DNA of 64,000 nt from Brevibacterium luteolum (GCF_013004595.1 NZ_JABEMC010000001.1:682001-746000), one strand, 5' to 3'; counted from the first letter of the stretch, positions 52,187-61,762 are shown. Made by a program: numbers and translations. The notes: generated from the sequence alone by a model not told the origin.

Positions 52187-53598
52187 CCACCCACCAGTTC
52201 CTCACGATCCTCAAACGGCGCGCGTGGTGGATCGCCGCTGGGACCCTGACCGCCGGGATCATCGCTGCACTCCTTCTGCTGGTGTGGCCGAAGACCTACA
52301 CCTCGACGTCCAACCTCGTCGTCGACTTCGACGCAGAAGAGGAGACAACCGCTGCTGCAGGTGAAGGCCTGCAGCAGCGGATGCCGACCGTGCTTGAGCT
52401 CGTGCGCAACAGCACAGAGATCCACGAAGACGTCGCGGCCGCCACCGGCAGTGACACCACACGCGCCCAGGAGCTGTCCCGGCGACTGAGCTACTCCGTG
52501 CCTGTCGACACCACTGTCGTCGCCGTCTCCGCCGAGGGGCGCAGCCCCCAGTCAGCACAGCAGCTCAACGAGGCCGCCACCACGGCCGTCGTCGACCGCA
52601 TCAACTCAGATGCTCCGGGCATGGCAGACCTGCAGGCCGTCGTCGAGCAGGCCCCCACCATGCCGCGCTCGGCAAGCGCACCAGATCCACTCATCATCGT
52701 GCCTGTCGGACTGCTCATCGGGCTTCTCGGATCTGTGCTCGCCAGTATCCTCCTTCATGTCGCTGACCGCCGCCTGCGGCGCATCGACGACATCGAGGCC
52801 GCCACCGGCACCGAGGTGCTCGCTGCCGTCGGCCGGGCCCGCACCCGCACCATCGCCGACGATCAGCAGCGCCGCTTTCTGCCTGGGTCGTACCCGCAGC
52901 TCTTCTCCCGCCTCGGGCTCGGCAGCCAGCACAGAGCGTGCGAACTGATCGTCATCACCGGCCTGTCCGGTGCCCGGGACAACGGCCGGGTGGCCGCCGG
53001 GCTCGTCGGCACCGCTGCCGCCAGCGGTATTGACGCGGTGCTCATCCGCGATGAGCTCGCACCCACGACAGCCTCCGACTACGGCATCCGGATCCGGCAC
53101 CTCGTCTCGCCAGGACCTGATGCCGTGCGCACCACGTCGCAGCTCGGCGCCGTACTGAGCCAATGCACTGGCGACTCCCGGCTTGCTGTCCTGCAGTGCG
53201 GGTCCACCGATTCCGATCCGCAGCTGCGAGCAGCATTCGAGGTCGCCGACAGGGTCGTGCTCGTCATCGACGCGCAACCTGACCGGGGGCGCCTGATGGC
53301 TGCCCTGCACGCCGCCGCCCGCGCCAGCACCACGGTCGCGGGTCTCGTCATCGTCAACGGCGCGAGCCCGGAGACAGCGGAGCCGAGCCCCGCGCGTCGC
53401 TTCCCGGGCACAGCTTTCATCGGCAGCCAGCCGACGGGCGCCACACTGCCCCGTCACGTCGCTGCCTCCACCGCCCCCGCAGTTGGCCGTGCCCCGGTGC
53501 ACGTCCCCACAGAGGGCATTGCGTACCCGGCGTTCCCTGCGGGCGCCGTGAACGCCTACGAACATTCTCCGCAGTACACGGAAAGGATCCACCCGTGA
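52183..53598 (+). CDS. Polysaccharide co-polymerase (Wzz/CpsC-like) with degenerate kinase-like C-terminal domain
   Basis: Basic-Trp N-terminus plus TM, PKTYTS, a Pro-rich motif and a second TM, DRRLRRIDDIE. No GxGKS/T in the cytoplasmic domain. Confidence 0.75.
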   Translation: MTTHQFLTILKRRAWWIAAGTLTAGIIAALLLLVWPKTYTSTSNLVVDFDAEEETTAAAGEGLQQRMPTVLELVRNSTEIHEDVAAATGSDTTRAQELSRRLSYSVPVDTTVVAVSAEGRSPQSAQQLNEAATTAVVDRINSDAPGMADLQAVVEQAPTMPRSASAPDPLIIVPVGLLIGLLGSVLASILLHVADRRLRRIDDIEAATGTEVLAAVGRARTRTIADDQQRRFLPGSYPQLFSRLGLGSQHRACELIVITGLSGARDNGRVAAGLVGTAAASGIDAVLIRDELAPTTASDYGIRIRHLVSPGPDAVRTTSQLGAVLSQCTGDSRLAVLQCGSTDSDPQLRAAFEVADRVVLVIDAQPDRGRLMAALHAAARASTTVAGLVIVNGASPETAEPSPARRFPGTAFIGSQPTGATLPRHVAASTAPAVGRAPVHVPTEGIAYPAFPAGAVNAYEHSPQYTERIHP

Positions 53599-55562
53599 AA
53601 CCCCGAAGCTGGCCTTCATCGCTGCAGCGCATCGGCTTGCAGCGCAATTCACCGACCGTCCGATTCATCGTCCTCGGCGCCACCGACATTCTGTGCTGGA
53701 TGCTGGCCTGGCAACTGGCCGTCCTCGTCATCGGCACACTCACCCCCGCCCATGTGACCGCCGAACTCATCATCGTCTGCGTCTTGACACAGCTGGCACT
53801 CGGAGCAGCGCTATCGCTGTACAACAACCGGTTCCTCATCGGCTCGGCTGCTGAGCTCGGCATGATGTCGGTGGCCACCGCCGGGGTGCTCACGGTGCTG
53901 CTCCTCGTCGCCATCGCTGTTTCCGGTCCGGTCGCCGTGCCCGAGGTGGTGCTTGCCTCGGTCTTCGCGATCGTCGCGATGACCGCCGCCCGGCAGCTGC
54001 TGCGCGCCTATCTCGATCACTCCCGACGCCCGCGCGGCGGCGCCCGCGTCCTCCTCGTCGGCGCCGGCGAAGTCGGGCAGGGGCTCGTGCGGCAGATGCT
54101 GCGCGATTCCAACAGCCGCTATCTGCCGGTCGGATTCCTCGACGACGACCGCGCCAAGCGCTTCCTCCGCGTCTCCGGTGTGCCGGTCCTCGGTCCCTCT
54201 AACGCGGCCCGGCGGGTGGCTGAGGAAGCCGGCGCCGACGGCATCGTCGTCGCCATCGGATATGCCGAAGCCGAGCTGTTCAGGTCGCTCACCGCACAGC
54301 TGGAGGACACCGACATCTGGATCCGGACCCTGCCGCCGCTGCAGGACCAGCTCGACATCGAAACCGACATCGCCCAGCTGCGCGACATCAACGTCGAAGA
54401 CCTCATCGGCCGACCGGTCACCACCATCGACATGAGCGCAGCCGCCGAGCTCATCGGCGGCGCACGGGTGCTCGTCACCGGTGCCGGCGGGTCGATCGGC
54501 TCCGAACTGTGCCGGCAGCTCCACCGCCTGAACCCAGCTGAGCTCGTCATGGTCGATCGGGACGAATCGGCCCTGCACGCCCTGAGCATGTCGATCCACG
54601 GACGTGCGCTCATGGACTCCCCGGGCCTCGTGCTCGCCGATGTGCGCGATGAGCAGGCGCTGCATGCGGTGTTCTCCCGCCACCGGCCGGAGATCGTCTT
54701 CCACGCCGCAGCGCTCAAGCATCTGCCGATGCTCGAGCGCTTCCCGGCCGAAGGCTGGAAGACGAATGTGCACGGCACACTCAACGTCCTGCGCGCCGCA
54801 GATGCCGTCGGCACTGCCCGGTTCGTCAACGTCTCCACCGATAAGGCCGCCAATCCGACCAGCGAGCTCGGCCGGTCCAAGTTGCTGGCCGAAGGGCTGA
54901 CAGCCGGCTTTGCGCGCACGACCGGTCGCCCCTACGTCTCGGTGCGCTTCGGCAATGTCTTCGGCTCCCGCGGCTCGGTTCTAGTCTCCTTCGCCGAGCA
55001 GATCCGGCGTGGGGGACCGGTGACGATCACGCACCCGGATGTCACCCGCTACTTCATGACGGTTCCCGAGGCCTCCCGTCTCGTCCTCCAAGCTGCGGCA
55101 ATCGGCCAATCCGGTGAGACCCTCGTGCTCGACATGGGCGAACCCGTCTCGATCGTCGACATCGCCCGGCGCATGATGGCCCTCAGCGGCCGGCACTGCC
55201 CGATCGCCTACACCGGGCTGCGGCCGGGAGAGAAGCTCTCCGAAGAGCTGTTCACTCCCGAAGAGCTCAAGGCAGTGCAGATCCACGACCGGATCTGGCA
55301 CGTGCCTGCCGGCACGTTCGCCGCCGACAGCCTGCCCGGCGCCGAGGCATCCGCTCAGGCGATCGCCGCCTGCTACCGCACGGTGGCCGCCGATCCTGCC
55401 GACGGCACAGACGACCGCAGCACAGCCGAGGCGGTCGCACAGCTGAACCAGATGGAATCGGCGGTCTATGACAGGTCGGCTACCGCACGAGCCCAGCCGG
55501 TCGGAGCTGCCTCCACACTGGCACCCGGCGCCGACGAGATCGAGGATGTGACGACATCATGA
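53595..55562 (+). CDS. Membrane-bound UDP-GlcNAc 4,6-dehydratase (CapD/PglF/WbpM-like)
   Basis: Four TM helices, VGAGEVG, GFLDDD, EDLIGR, TGAGGSIGSEL, FHAAALKH, STDKA, VRFGNVFGSRGSV and GLRPGEKL. Confidence 0.93.
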   Translation: MKPRSWPSSLQRIGLQRNSPTVRFIVLGATDILCWMLAWQLAVLVIGTLTPAHVTAELIIVCVLTQLALGAALSLYNNRFLIGSAAELGMMSVATAGVLTVLLLVAIAVSGPVAVPEVVLASVFAIVAMTAARQLLRAYLDHSRRPRGGARVLLVGAGEVGQGLVRQMLRDSNSRYLPVGFLDDDRAKRFLRVSGVPVLGPSNAARRVAEEAGADGIVVAIGYAEAELFRSLTAQLEDTDIWIRTLPPLQDQLDIETDIAQLRDINVEDLIGRPVTTIDMSAAAELIGGARVLVTGAGGSIGSELCRQLHRLNPAELVMVDRDESALHALSMSIHGRALMDSPGLVLADVRDEQALHAVFSRHRPEIVFHAAALKHLPMLERFPAEGWKTNVHGTLNVLRAADAVGTARFVNVSTDKAANPTSELGRSKLLAEGLTAGFARTTGRPYVSVRFGNVFGSRGSVLVSFAEQIRRGGPVTITHPDVTRYFMTVPEASRLVLQAAAIGQSGETLVLDMGEPVSIVDIARRMMALSGRHCPIAYTGLRPGEKLSEELFTPEELKAVQIHDRIWHVPAGTFAADSLPGAEASAQAIAACYRTVAADPADGTDDRSTAEAVAQLNQMESAVYDRSATARAQPVGAASTLAPGADEIEDVTTS

Positions 55563-56746
55563 GCATGCGCATCCCGCTGTCCGTCCCCCAGGTCGGCACT
55601 CTGGAGGAGGAAGCTGTTCTCACCGCACTGCGCTCAGGCTGGATCACCTCCGGCGGTCCGCAGCTCGCCGGTTTCGAAGCCGAACTCGCCGAACTCACCG
55701 GCCGGTCACATGCCGTGGCCGTCAGCTCCGGTACCGCCGCCCTCCACCTGGCGCTGCTGGCCGCCGGCGTGGGGCCGGGGGACTACGTACCGTGCGCCAC
55801 TCTGACATTCGCCGCTACGGCCAATGCGATCCGCTACACCGGTGCCACCCCCGTCTTCATCGACTGCGATGCGACCGGGAACATCGACCCGCGGCTGCTG
55901 GACGACTGCCTGGCAGACTTCAGCGCCATCGGCAAACCAGTCGGTGCCGTGGTGCCGGTCGATCTGTTCGGCCGGCTGGCCGACCACGATGCGATCGCAG
56001 CAGTCGCTGCACGCTATGGGGTGCCGGTCATCGTCGATGCAGCCGAGTCGCTCGGCGCCGTCGTCGACGGCCGACCGGCCGGCTCGTTCGGCACCGCAGC
56101 GACCCTGTCGTTCAACGGCAACAAGATCATCACGACCTCGGGCGGAGGAGCGGTCGTGTGCGACAGCGCCGAGACGGCCGCCTATATCGACCACCTCGCC
56201 CGGCAGGCACGGCAGCCCGTCGCTCACTACGAACACGAGGAGATCGGCTACAACTACCGGCTCTCCAACCTGCTCGCTGCCCTCGGCAGCGCACAGCTGA
56301 CTCGCCTGCCGGAGTTCCTCGCCGCCCGGCGGGCCCACCGCAGCCGCTACCGGGCCGGACTCGAACCCGTCCCCGGCATCCGCGTGCTCGGCGAGGACGA
56401 CGCGGCAGACAACTGCTGGCTCACCGCACTCCTCGTCGACGCCCGCGTCACCGGCTTCGACGCCGCTGCGGCGATGACGGCCCTGAGCGAGGTCGGCATC
56501 GAAACCCGCCCGGTCTTCAAGCCGATGCACCTGCAGCCGGTCTTCGCTGACCGGCGCACCTATCCGCGCTACCTCACCGGCCAGGCCGAAGCGTTGTACG
56601 CCACCGGACTGCTCGTACCCAGCTCGCCGGCGACCTCGGCAGCCGAATGCGATGAGGTCATCGAACATCTCAACCGCATGCGCCCAGCGCCGAACGGTGC
56701 ATCAGTCACAGCCACTCACCACCACCTGTTAGGAAAACTCCTGTGA
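55559..56746 (+). CDS. DegT/DnrJ/EryC1/StrS PLP aminotransferase (PglE/EpsN-like)
   Basis: SSGTAALHLAL, DAAESLG, SFNGNKIITTSGGG, GYNYRLSN and PMHLQPVF. Confidence 0.94.
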   Translation: MSMRIPLSVPQVGTLEEEAVLTALRSGWITSGGPQLAGFEAELAELTGRSHAVAVSSGTAALHLALLAAGVGPGDYVPCATLTFAATANAIRYTGATPVFIDCDATGNIDPRLLDDCLADFSAIGKPVGAVVPVDLFGRLADHDAIAAVAARYGVPVIVDAAESLGAVVDGRPAGSFGTAATLSFNGNKIITTSGGGAVVCDSAETAAYIDHLARQARQPVAHYEHEEIGYNYRLSNLLAALGSAQLTRLPEFLAARRAHRSRYRAGLEPVPGIRVLGEDDAADNCWLTALLVDARVTGFDAAAAMTALSEVGIETRPVFKPMHLQPVFADRRTYPRYLTGQAEALYATGLLVPSSPATSAAECDEVIEHLNRMRPAPNGASVTATHHHLLGKLL

Positions 56747-57438
56747 ACGCATGCTCTGTTGTCGTCCTCGCCCCGCACCCTGACGATGAGGTCCTCGGCT
56801 GCGGAGGCACGATCGCCCGCCTGGCCGAAGCCGGCGCAGACGTCACCGTCATCGCCGTCGCCGCCGACGTCCCACCGCTCTATCCTGCAGGAATCGACGC
56901 CCAGGTCCGGGCAGAAGCACGTGCGGCCCACGAGATCCTCGGAGTGACGGCGACGGAGTTCCTCGGCTTCCCCTCCGTCGAACTCGCCCGGCTGTCGGTG
57001 GCCGAACTCAACGGAGCCGTCCAGGAGCGCATCCACCGGGCCAAACCCGATATCGTGCTCCTGCCCTTTCCTGACCGGCACATCGACCACCGCGCCGTCT
57101 TCGACGCCGGCATGGTCGCCACCCGTCCGATCGGCGACGCTGCCGAGATCTCGGTCGTGGCGATGTACGAGACGATCTCCGAGACCTTCTGGAACGCACC
57201 GGGAGCCGAGCCGACGTTCGCACCGAACTGGGTCGTCGACATCACGGACACGATCGAACGCAAGACCACGGCATTCGCCGAATACGCCTCCCAGATCCAG
57301 GAGTACCCGGACGCCCGCTCCACGCAGGCACTCGAAGCGCTCGCCCTGTTCCGCGGCAGCCAGGCCGCGATGGAGTACGGAGAGGCCTTCCAGATCGTCA
57401 GGATGCTCACCACTGCCTCGTCTGCGTGGCCCCTATGA
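56743..57438 (+). CDS. PIG-L/LmbE-family de-N-acetylase
   Basis: APHPDDEVLGCGGT, HIDH, YET, VDIT and EAF. Confidence 0.92.
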   Translation: MNACSVVVLAPHPDDEVLGCGGTIARLAEAGADVTVIAVAADVPPLYPAGIDAQVRAEARAAHEILGVTATEFLGFPSVELARLSVAELNGAVQERIHRAKPDIVLLPFPDRHIDHRAVFDAGMVATRPIGDAAEISVVAMYETISETFWNAPGAEPTFAPNWVVDITDTIERKTTAFAEYASQIQEYPDARSTQALEALALFRGSQAAMEYGEAFQIVRMLTTASSAWPL

Positions 57439-58781
57439 CAGGTGCCGACCGCTCGGCTGGGAAGAACGACAACCCAGGACGCATCAGCACCGACGCCGTC
57501 GTCGTGGCACTGGGCTACCTGACCTCCTTCGGCTACCCGCTCGTCGCCCTGCCGTTCCTGGCGCGCGCCATCGGTGCTGAAGCCCTCGGCCTCCTCATCG
57601 TCACGCAGGCGGTCCTGCAGATCGTCGTGCACATCTGCGACTACGGCTTCTCCGTCAGCGCGCTGCGCCGGGTCGCGGTGCGCAACCGCGACGACGAGCT
57701 CAGCGAGATCATCGCCTCAACCCTGACTGCGAAAGCCGTGCTGCTGGGCGGCAGCGCGGTGGTCGTGCTCGCGGTGGTCGCGGCGGTGCCGGGCCTGCGC
57801 CACCTGCTTGGGATCTTCGTCATCGGGCTGGTGCTCGTGGCCATCGGCACCGCGTTTCCCAGCTGGCTGCTGCAGGGCCTGGGCCGCTTCACCGAGTTCT
57901 CGCTTGTCCTGGCCGCCAGCCGGCTGCTGGCCCTCATCGGACTGCTGCTCACTGTGTCGGGGCCCGAGGATCTGCCGTGGGCGCTGGCCTGGCAGTTCCT
58001 GCCGCTCGCCCTGGCCGCCGTCATCGGCTGGGGACTGCTCGCCCGCACCGGGCACCTGCGCTGGCAGCGTCCAACCCGTGCCTCGGTGCGCTTCGCCTTC
58101 GCCGACGGCGGGCACCTGTTCGTCGGCCACATCGCACTCATGTCCATGGGCGCTGTCAACAGCGTCATCCTCGGCGCGCTCGCCGGTCCCGTCCAGACCG
58201 CCTATTTCGGCATCGCCGAACGTCTCTCCAATGCCGGGCGCGGCATCATGGGCGGAGTGCAGGACGCGATGCTGCCGCGCATGTCCCACGCCGTCGGCAA
58301 CCCGAATGCCGCAAGCGTGCGCCGCACCATCACCGCCGGAATCATCGGCGGCTATCTGCTCGGCGGGCTGGGACTCATCATCTTCGCCCCCGTCCTGCTG
58401 CCCTGGTACCTGGGCCCGGGATACGAGGCGGCGGTTCCCCTTGCCCAGCTCGCCGGAGCCACGCTGTGTGTGGCCGGCGGCTCGGCACTGTTCAACCTGC
58501 GTGCCGCTGCTGCCCACCGGTTCCGGGCCATCGCCGCCGTCACCTCGGCGACGGCCGTCATCCACCTGCTCGCCCTCATTCCCGCCAGCGCACTCTTCGG
58601 AGCGTGGGGTGCTGCCTTCACCGTGCTCGGTTCCGAGGTGCTGCTGTGCCTGACGTTCAGCATCGACGCCAGCCGCCACCGGCGCAGGCAGGCCGCTGAG
58701 GAATCCGAGGTCCACTCGACAGATGCGAAAGGAGAATCGTGGAGCGCAACCCGACCTTCACAGTCGTCACGCCAACGCTGA
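57435..58781 (+). CDS. Wzx-type oligosaccharide flippase
   Basis: About 12 TM helices, PLVALPFLARAIG, DYGF, WLLQG and YFGIAERL. Confidence 0.88.
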   Translation: MTGADRSAGKNDNPGRISTDAVVVALGYLTSFGYPLVALPFLARAIGAEALGLLIVTQAVLQIVVHICDYGFSVSALRRVAVRNRDDELSEIIASTLTAKAVLLGGSAVVVLAVVAAVPGLRHLLGIFVIGLVLVAIGTAFPSWLLQGLGRFTEFSLVLAASRLLALIGLLLTVSGPEDLPWALAWQFLPLALAAVIGWGLLARTGHLRWQRPTRASVRFAFADGGHLFVGHIALMSMGAVNSVILGALAGPVQTAYFGIAERLSNAGRGIMGGVQDAMLPRMSHAVGNPNAASVRRTITAGIIGGYLLGGLGLIIFAPVLLPWYLGPGYEAAVPLAQLAGATLCVAGGSALFNLRAAAAHRFRAIAAVTSATAVIHLLALIPASALFGAWGAAFTVLGSEVLLCLTFSIDASRHRRRQAAEESEVHSTDAKGESWSATRPSQSSRQR

Positions 58782-59716
58782 ACCCAGGGGAGGGGCTGGA
58801 AGCCTCCCTCACCTCGGTGCTGGCCCAGACCCGCGCCGATTTCGAACTCATCGTCATCGACGACGGCTCGGCTGAGCCCTTCGACCACCGCCTGCCCGCA
58901 GATCCCCGCATCCGGCTCATCCGCCACGAGACGAACCGCGGCTACGGCGCAGCGACGAACACGGCGCTGGCCCAGGCGCGTGGGGACTGGATCGTCTTCG
59001 TCGACGACGATGACACGATCGCGCCCGACTACCTCGCACAGATGGAAGCCGTCGCCCACCAGCACGGGGCGGACTTCGTGCTCGCCCCGATCCACACCCG
59101 CCTGCCGTCTGGCCGCCGCTCACGGCTGGCATGGTCACCCCCAGGATCCGTGTCCACCGGCGCCGAGGCGGTCGTCGCCGTGCTGGCCGGTAAGATCGTC
59201 GCCTCCCAGCACCTGCTCATGGCCCGCGAAGCACTCGTCCACCCGGCCCCGGAGGACAACGCCTACTCAGACTTCGCCTTCGTCGTCGCCAACCTGCTGA
59301 ATGCTGCGACGGTCGCCTACACCGAAACCGGCGTCTACGACTACGTCATCCACGACCGCTCCGTCACCGGGACGCTGCGGACCAGCGTCTGGGACCTCGG
59401 CCGGCTGCCCGAACTCATCGAACCGCACCTGCGGGCCGCCTTCGACGAACCGGCAGCCACAGCCCAGCTGGAACTGGCCCGCGTCCTCGTGCTCACCGAG
59501 ATGCTGCACAAGGCCGCCCGCGAACCCGAGGCGACACCGCTGCGAAGCGACGTCACCCAGTGGTGCCGCCGCCGCATCCGCCGGCAGGAGCTCGCCGCCT
59601 CCCTGCGCAGCCGCCAACCGGCCACCGCCGCCTCACTGGCGCTGGCCAAGGCCAGTCCCGCGCTGCACCGGCGGGCCTATCAGGCGCGGCAGAAGCGCAA
59701 GGTCGCCTCATCGTGA
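58739..59716 (+). CDS. GT2-family glycosyltransferase
   Basis: FTVVTPTLN, SVLAQT, IVIDDGS, NRGYGAATN and FVDDDD. GGAG RBS before the GTG. Confidence 0.92.
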   Translation: MERNPTFTVVTPTLNPGEGLEASLTSVLAQTRADFELIVIDDGSAEPFDHRLPADPRIRLIRHETNRGYGAATNTALAQARGDWIVFVDDDDTIAPDYLAQMEAVAHQHGADFVLAPIHTRLPSGRRSRLAWSPPGSVSTGAEAVVAVLAGKIVASQHLLMAREALVHPAPEDNAYSDFAFVVANLLNAATVAYTETGVYDYVIHDRSVTGTLRTSVWDLGRLPELIEPHLRAAFDEPAATAQLELARVLVLTEMLHKAAREPEATPLRSDVTQWCRRRIRRQELAASLRSRQPATAASLALAKASPALHRRAYQARQKRKVASS

Positions 59717-60756
59717 GTCATGTGGGCAGGCTGCTGGGACTGCTGTGCCTCCTGGCCCTGACCGCGTGTGCCGGGACTGGGCCGACAGAGCCGGACGCAG
59801 AGACTGCAGACCGGATCGCCGCTGTCCTGCCAGCCGAGGCAGTGCAATCCGGCTTCACCGTCGCTGCTCCCGGAGTCGATGAGGTCAGTCTCCAGGCGTT
59901 CACCGATGACGTCGAGGAGATCCGGTCCGCGGGCGGCACCTGGGTGCGCTTTGCGGTCCGCTCCTACGATGTGCTCGACTCCTGGGGTGAAGGAGACGCG
60001 ATGCACTGGGACGAGGCCGCACTGGGCCGCATCGACGCCGCCGTCGACATCGCACGCCGCGCAGGACTTCACATCTACTTCATCACGGCGGACAGCTACC
60101 GCTCCGATGTCGTCGGCGACCGCTACCGGGCGATGATGGAACAGTACTGGGACGTGCTCGCCGCCCGCCTCGGCGACCGCGTCGACGTGTGGCAGGTGTT
60201 CAACGAAGCCGACGGCACCCACTTCGGCACCCACGCCGAACTGCCCCAGCCCCTGCCGCGCACCTACCTGGCAGACCTGCGCGACCTGCTGACTCTGGCT
60301 GGCAAGACGATCAAGCACCGCGCACCCGGGGTGATCGTGACGACGAATGCCGGCGGATTCCCCCTCGGCGACGTGACCGAGAAACGCTGGCACCGCTACT
60401 TCGACGCCCTCGCCCCGGCCCTCGACGTGCTCGCCGTCGGCGCCTACCCGCAGACCGACGGCACGCTCATCAGCGAAATGCCCGCGCGTGTTGACCGGCT
60501 GAGCGAATCCTTCGGAACACCCGTCATCGTCGCCGAGGTCGGACTCCAGACCTGCACCGGCTGCTTCAGCGAGGACGAACAGGGCAGTGCGCTCAGTGAG
60601 ACACTGCACCGGCTGGCAGACTCCCAAGCCGTCCTCGTGCTCGTCTACACGCTGCGTGATGACGGCGAATCGCAGTTTGGGATCTTCACAGGCGACGGCG
60701 CACCCAAAACCGGGACCGAGGCGATCATCGACGCCCTTCCCGACGGCACCTCCTGA
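59713..60756 (+). CDS. Lipoprotein glycoside hydrolase, clan GH-A (GH5/GH39-like)
   Basis: Signal peptide with lipobox LTA-C. WVRF, acid/base WQVFNE, nucleophile-like PVIVAEVG, and YTLRD...FGI. Confidence 0.8.
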   Translation: MSHVGRLLGLLCLLALTACAGTGPTEPDAETADRIAAVLPAEAVQSGFTVAAPGVDEVSLQAFTDDVEEIRSAGGTWVRFAVRSYDVLDSWGEGDAMHWDEAALGRIDAAVDIARRAGLHIYFITADSYRSDVVGDRYRAMMEQYWDVLAARLGDRVDVWQVFNEADGTHFGTHAELPQPLPRTYLADLRDLLTLAGKTIKHRAPGVIVTTNAGGFPLGDVTEKRWHRYFDALAPALDVLAVGAYPQTDGTLISEMPARVDRLSESFGTPVIVAEVGLQTCTGCFSEDEQGSALSETLHRLADSQAVLVLVYTLRDDGESQFGIFTGDGAPKTGTEAIIDALPDGTS

Positions 60757-60787
60757 CATCCCGCCGTCGGGAATCGCAGCGTTAGGA

Positions 60788-61762
60788 TCAGGGCTTGAGG
60801 ATGACCTTACCGGTCGTCTTGCGGCCCTCGAGCGCACGATGCGCCTCGGCAGCCTCGGCGAGTGGGAACTCGTGGCCGACGCGGAAGTCGAGCCAGCCGG
60901 TTGAGAGCCCGTCGAAGAGCATGCGCGAACGCTCGGCCAGCTCCTCGGGGCTGCGGACGAACCACTGCAGCGAGGGGCGGGAGAGGAACTGCCCGCCGGA
61001 GGAGTTGAGCCGCTGGATGTCGAAGGGCTCGACCGGCCCGGAGGCGGCGCCGAAGAGCACGAGCGAACCACGCACCTTGAGCGAGGCCAGTGAGGCATCG
61101 AAAGTGTCCCTGCCGACCCCGTCATAGGCGACGTCGACACCCTCACCGTCGGTGAGCTCGCGGACAGTGGCGGCGATGTCGACGCCCTCACCATAGAGGA
61201 ACACCTCATCAGCGCCGGCACCGCGGGACAGCTCTGCCTTCTCCTCAGTCGAGACCGTCGTGATGACGCGGGCGCCGAGGTGCTTGGCCAGCTGGGTGAG
61301 CAGCAGGCCCACCCCGCCGGCACCGGCGTGGATGAGCGCGGTCTGACCCGGTTCGATGCGGTGCGAACCGGTCGCCAGATACTGGGCGGTCAGGCCCTGG
61401 AGCGGAATCGCGGCAGCGACCTCATCGGACACACCTTCGGGCACCCGCAGCACGCCGTCAGCCGGGACGGCGACACGGGTGGCATAGGAGCCGGGCGCGT
61501 TGTGCCAGGCGACCCGGTCGCCGACGGAGAAACCGGTGACATCATCGGCAACAGCGATGACGCGTCCGGCGCCTTCGCTGCCGACGATGTGCGGGAACTC
61601 CATCGGATACAGGCCGCTGCGCCGGTAGGTGTCGATGAAGTTGATGCCTGCAGCGGCGACCTCGACGAGGAGCTCGCCGGGACCTGCCTGCGGGTCGTCG
61701 ATCTCGGTGCAGCGCAGCACCTCCGGTCCGCCGGCTTCGATCGCCTGTACAACGTGGGCCAC
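60788..61762 (-). CDS. qor: NADPH:quinone oxidoreductase (zeta-crystallin/MDR family)
   Basis: GGPEVL, GINFID, HAGAGGVG, YDGVG, FGAASG and GRKTTGKVIL. Confidence 0.93.
   Translation of the reverse strand: MAHVVQAIEAGGPEVLRCTEIDDPQAGPGELLVEVAAAGINFIDTYRRSGLYPMEFPHIVGSEGAGRVIAVADDVTGFSVGDRVAWHNAPGSYATRVAVPADGVLRVPEGVSDEVAAAIPLQGLTAQYLATGSHRIEPGQTALIHAGAGGVGLLLTQLAKHLGARVITTVSTEEKAELSRGAGADEVFLYGEGVDIAATVRELTDGEGVDVAYDGVGRDTFDASLASLKVRGSLVLFGAASGPVEPFDIQRLNSSGGQFLSRPSLQWFVRSPEELAERSRMLFDGLSTGWLDFRVGHEFPLAEAAEAHRALEGRKTTGKVILKP

Noticed and set aside
54832..54882. Leu at the catalytic Tyr/Met position of the dehydratase (STDKAANPTSELGRSK) as a sign of inactivation
   Set aside because: All other motifs are intact, and to my knowledge this position varies among membrane-bound CapD-like enzymes.
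41746..60790. Integrative element or prophage status for the island
   Set aside because: No integrase, transposase, tRNA target or att-like direct repeats were seen by eye.
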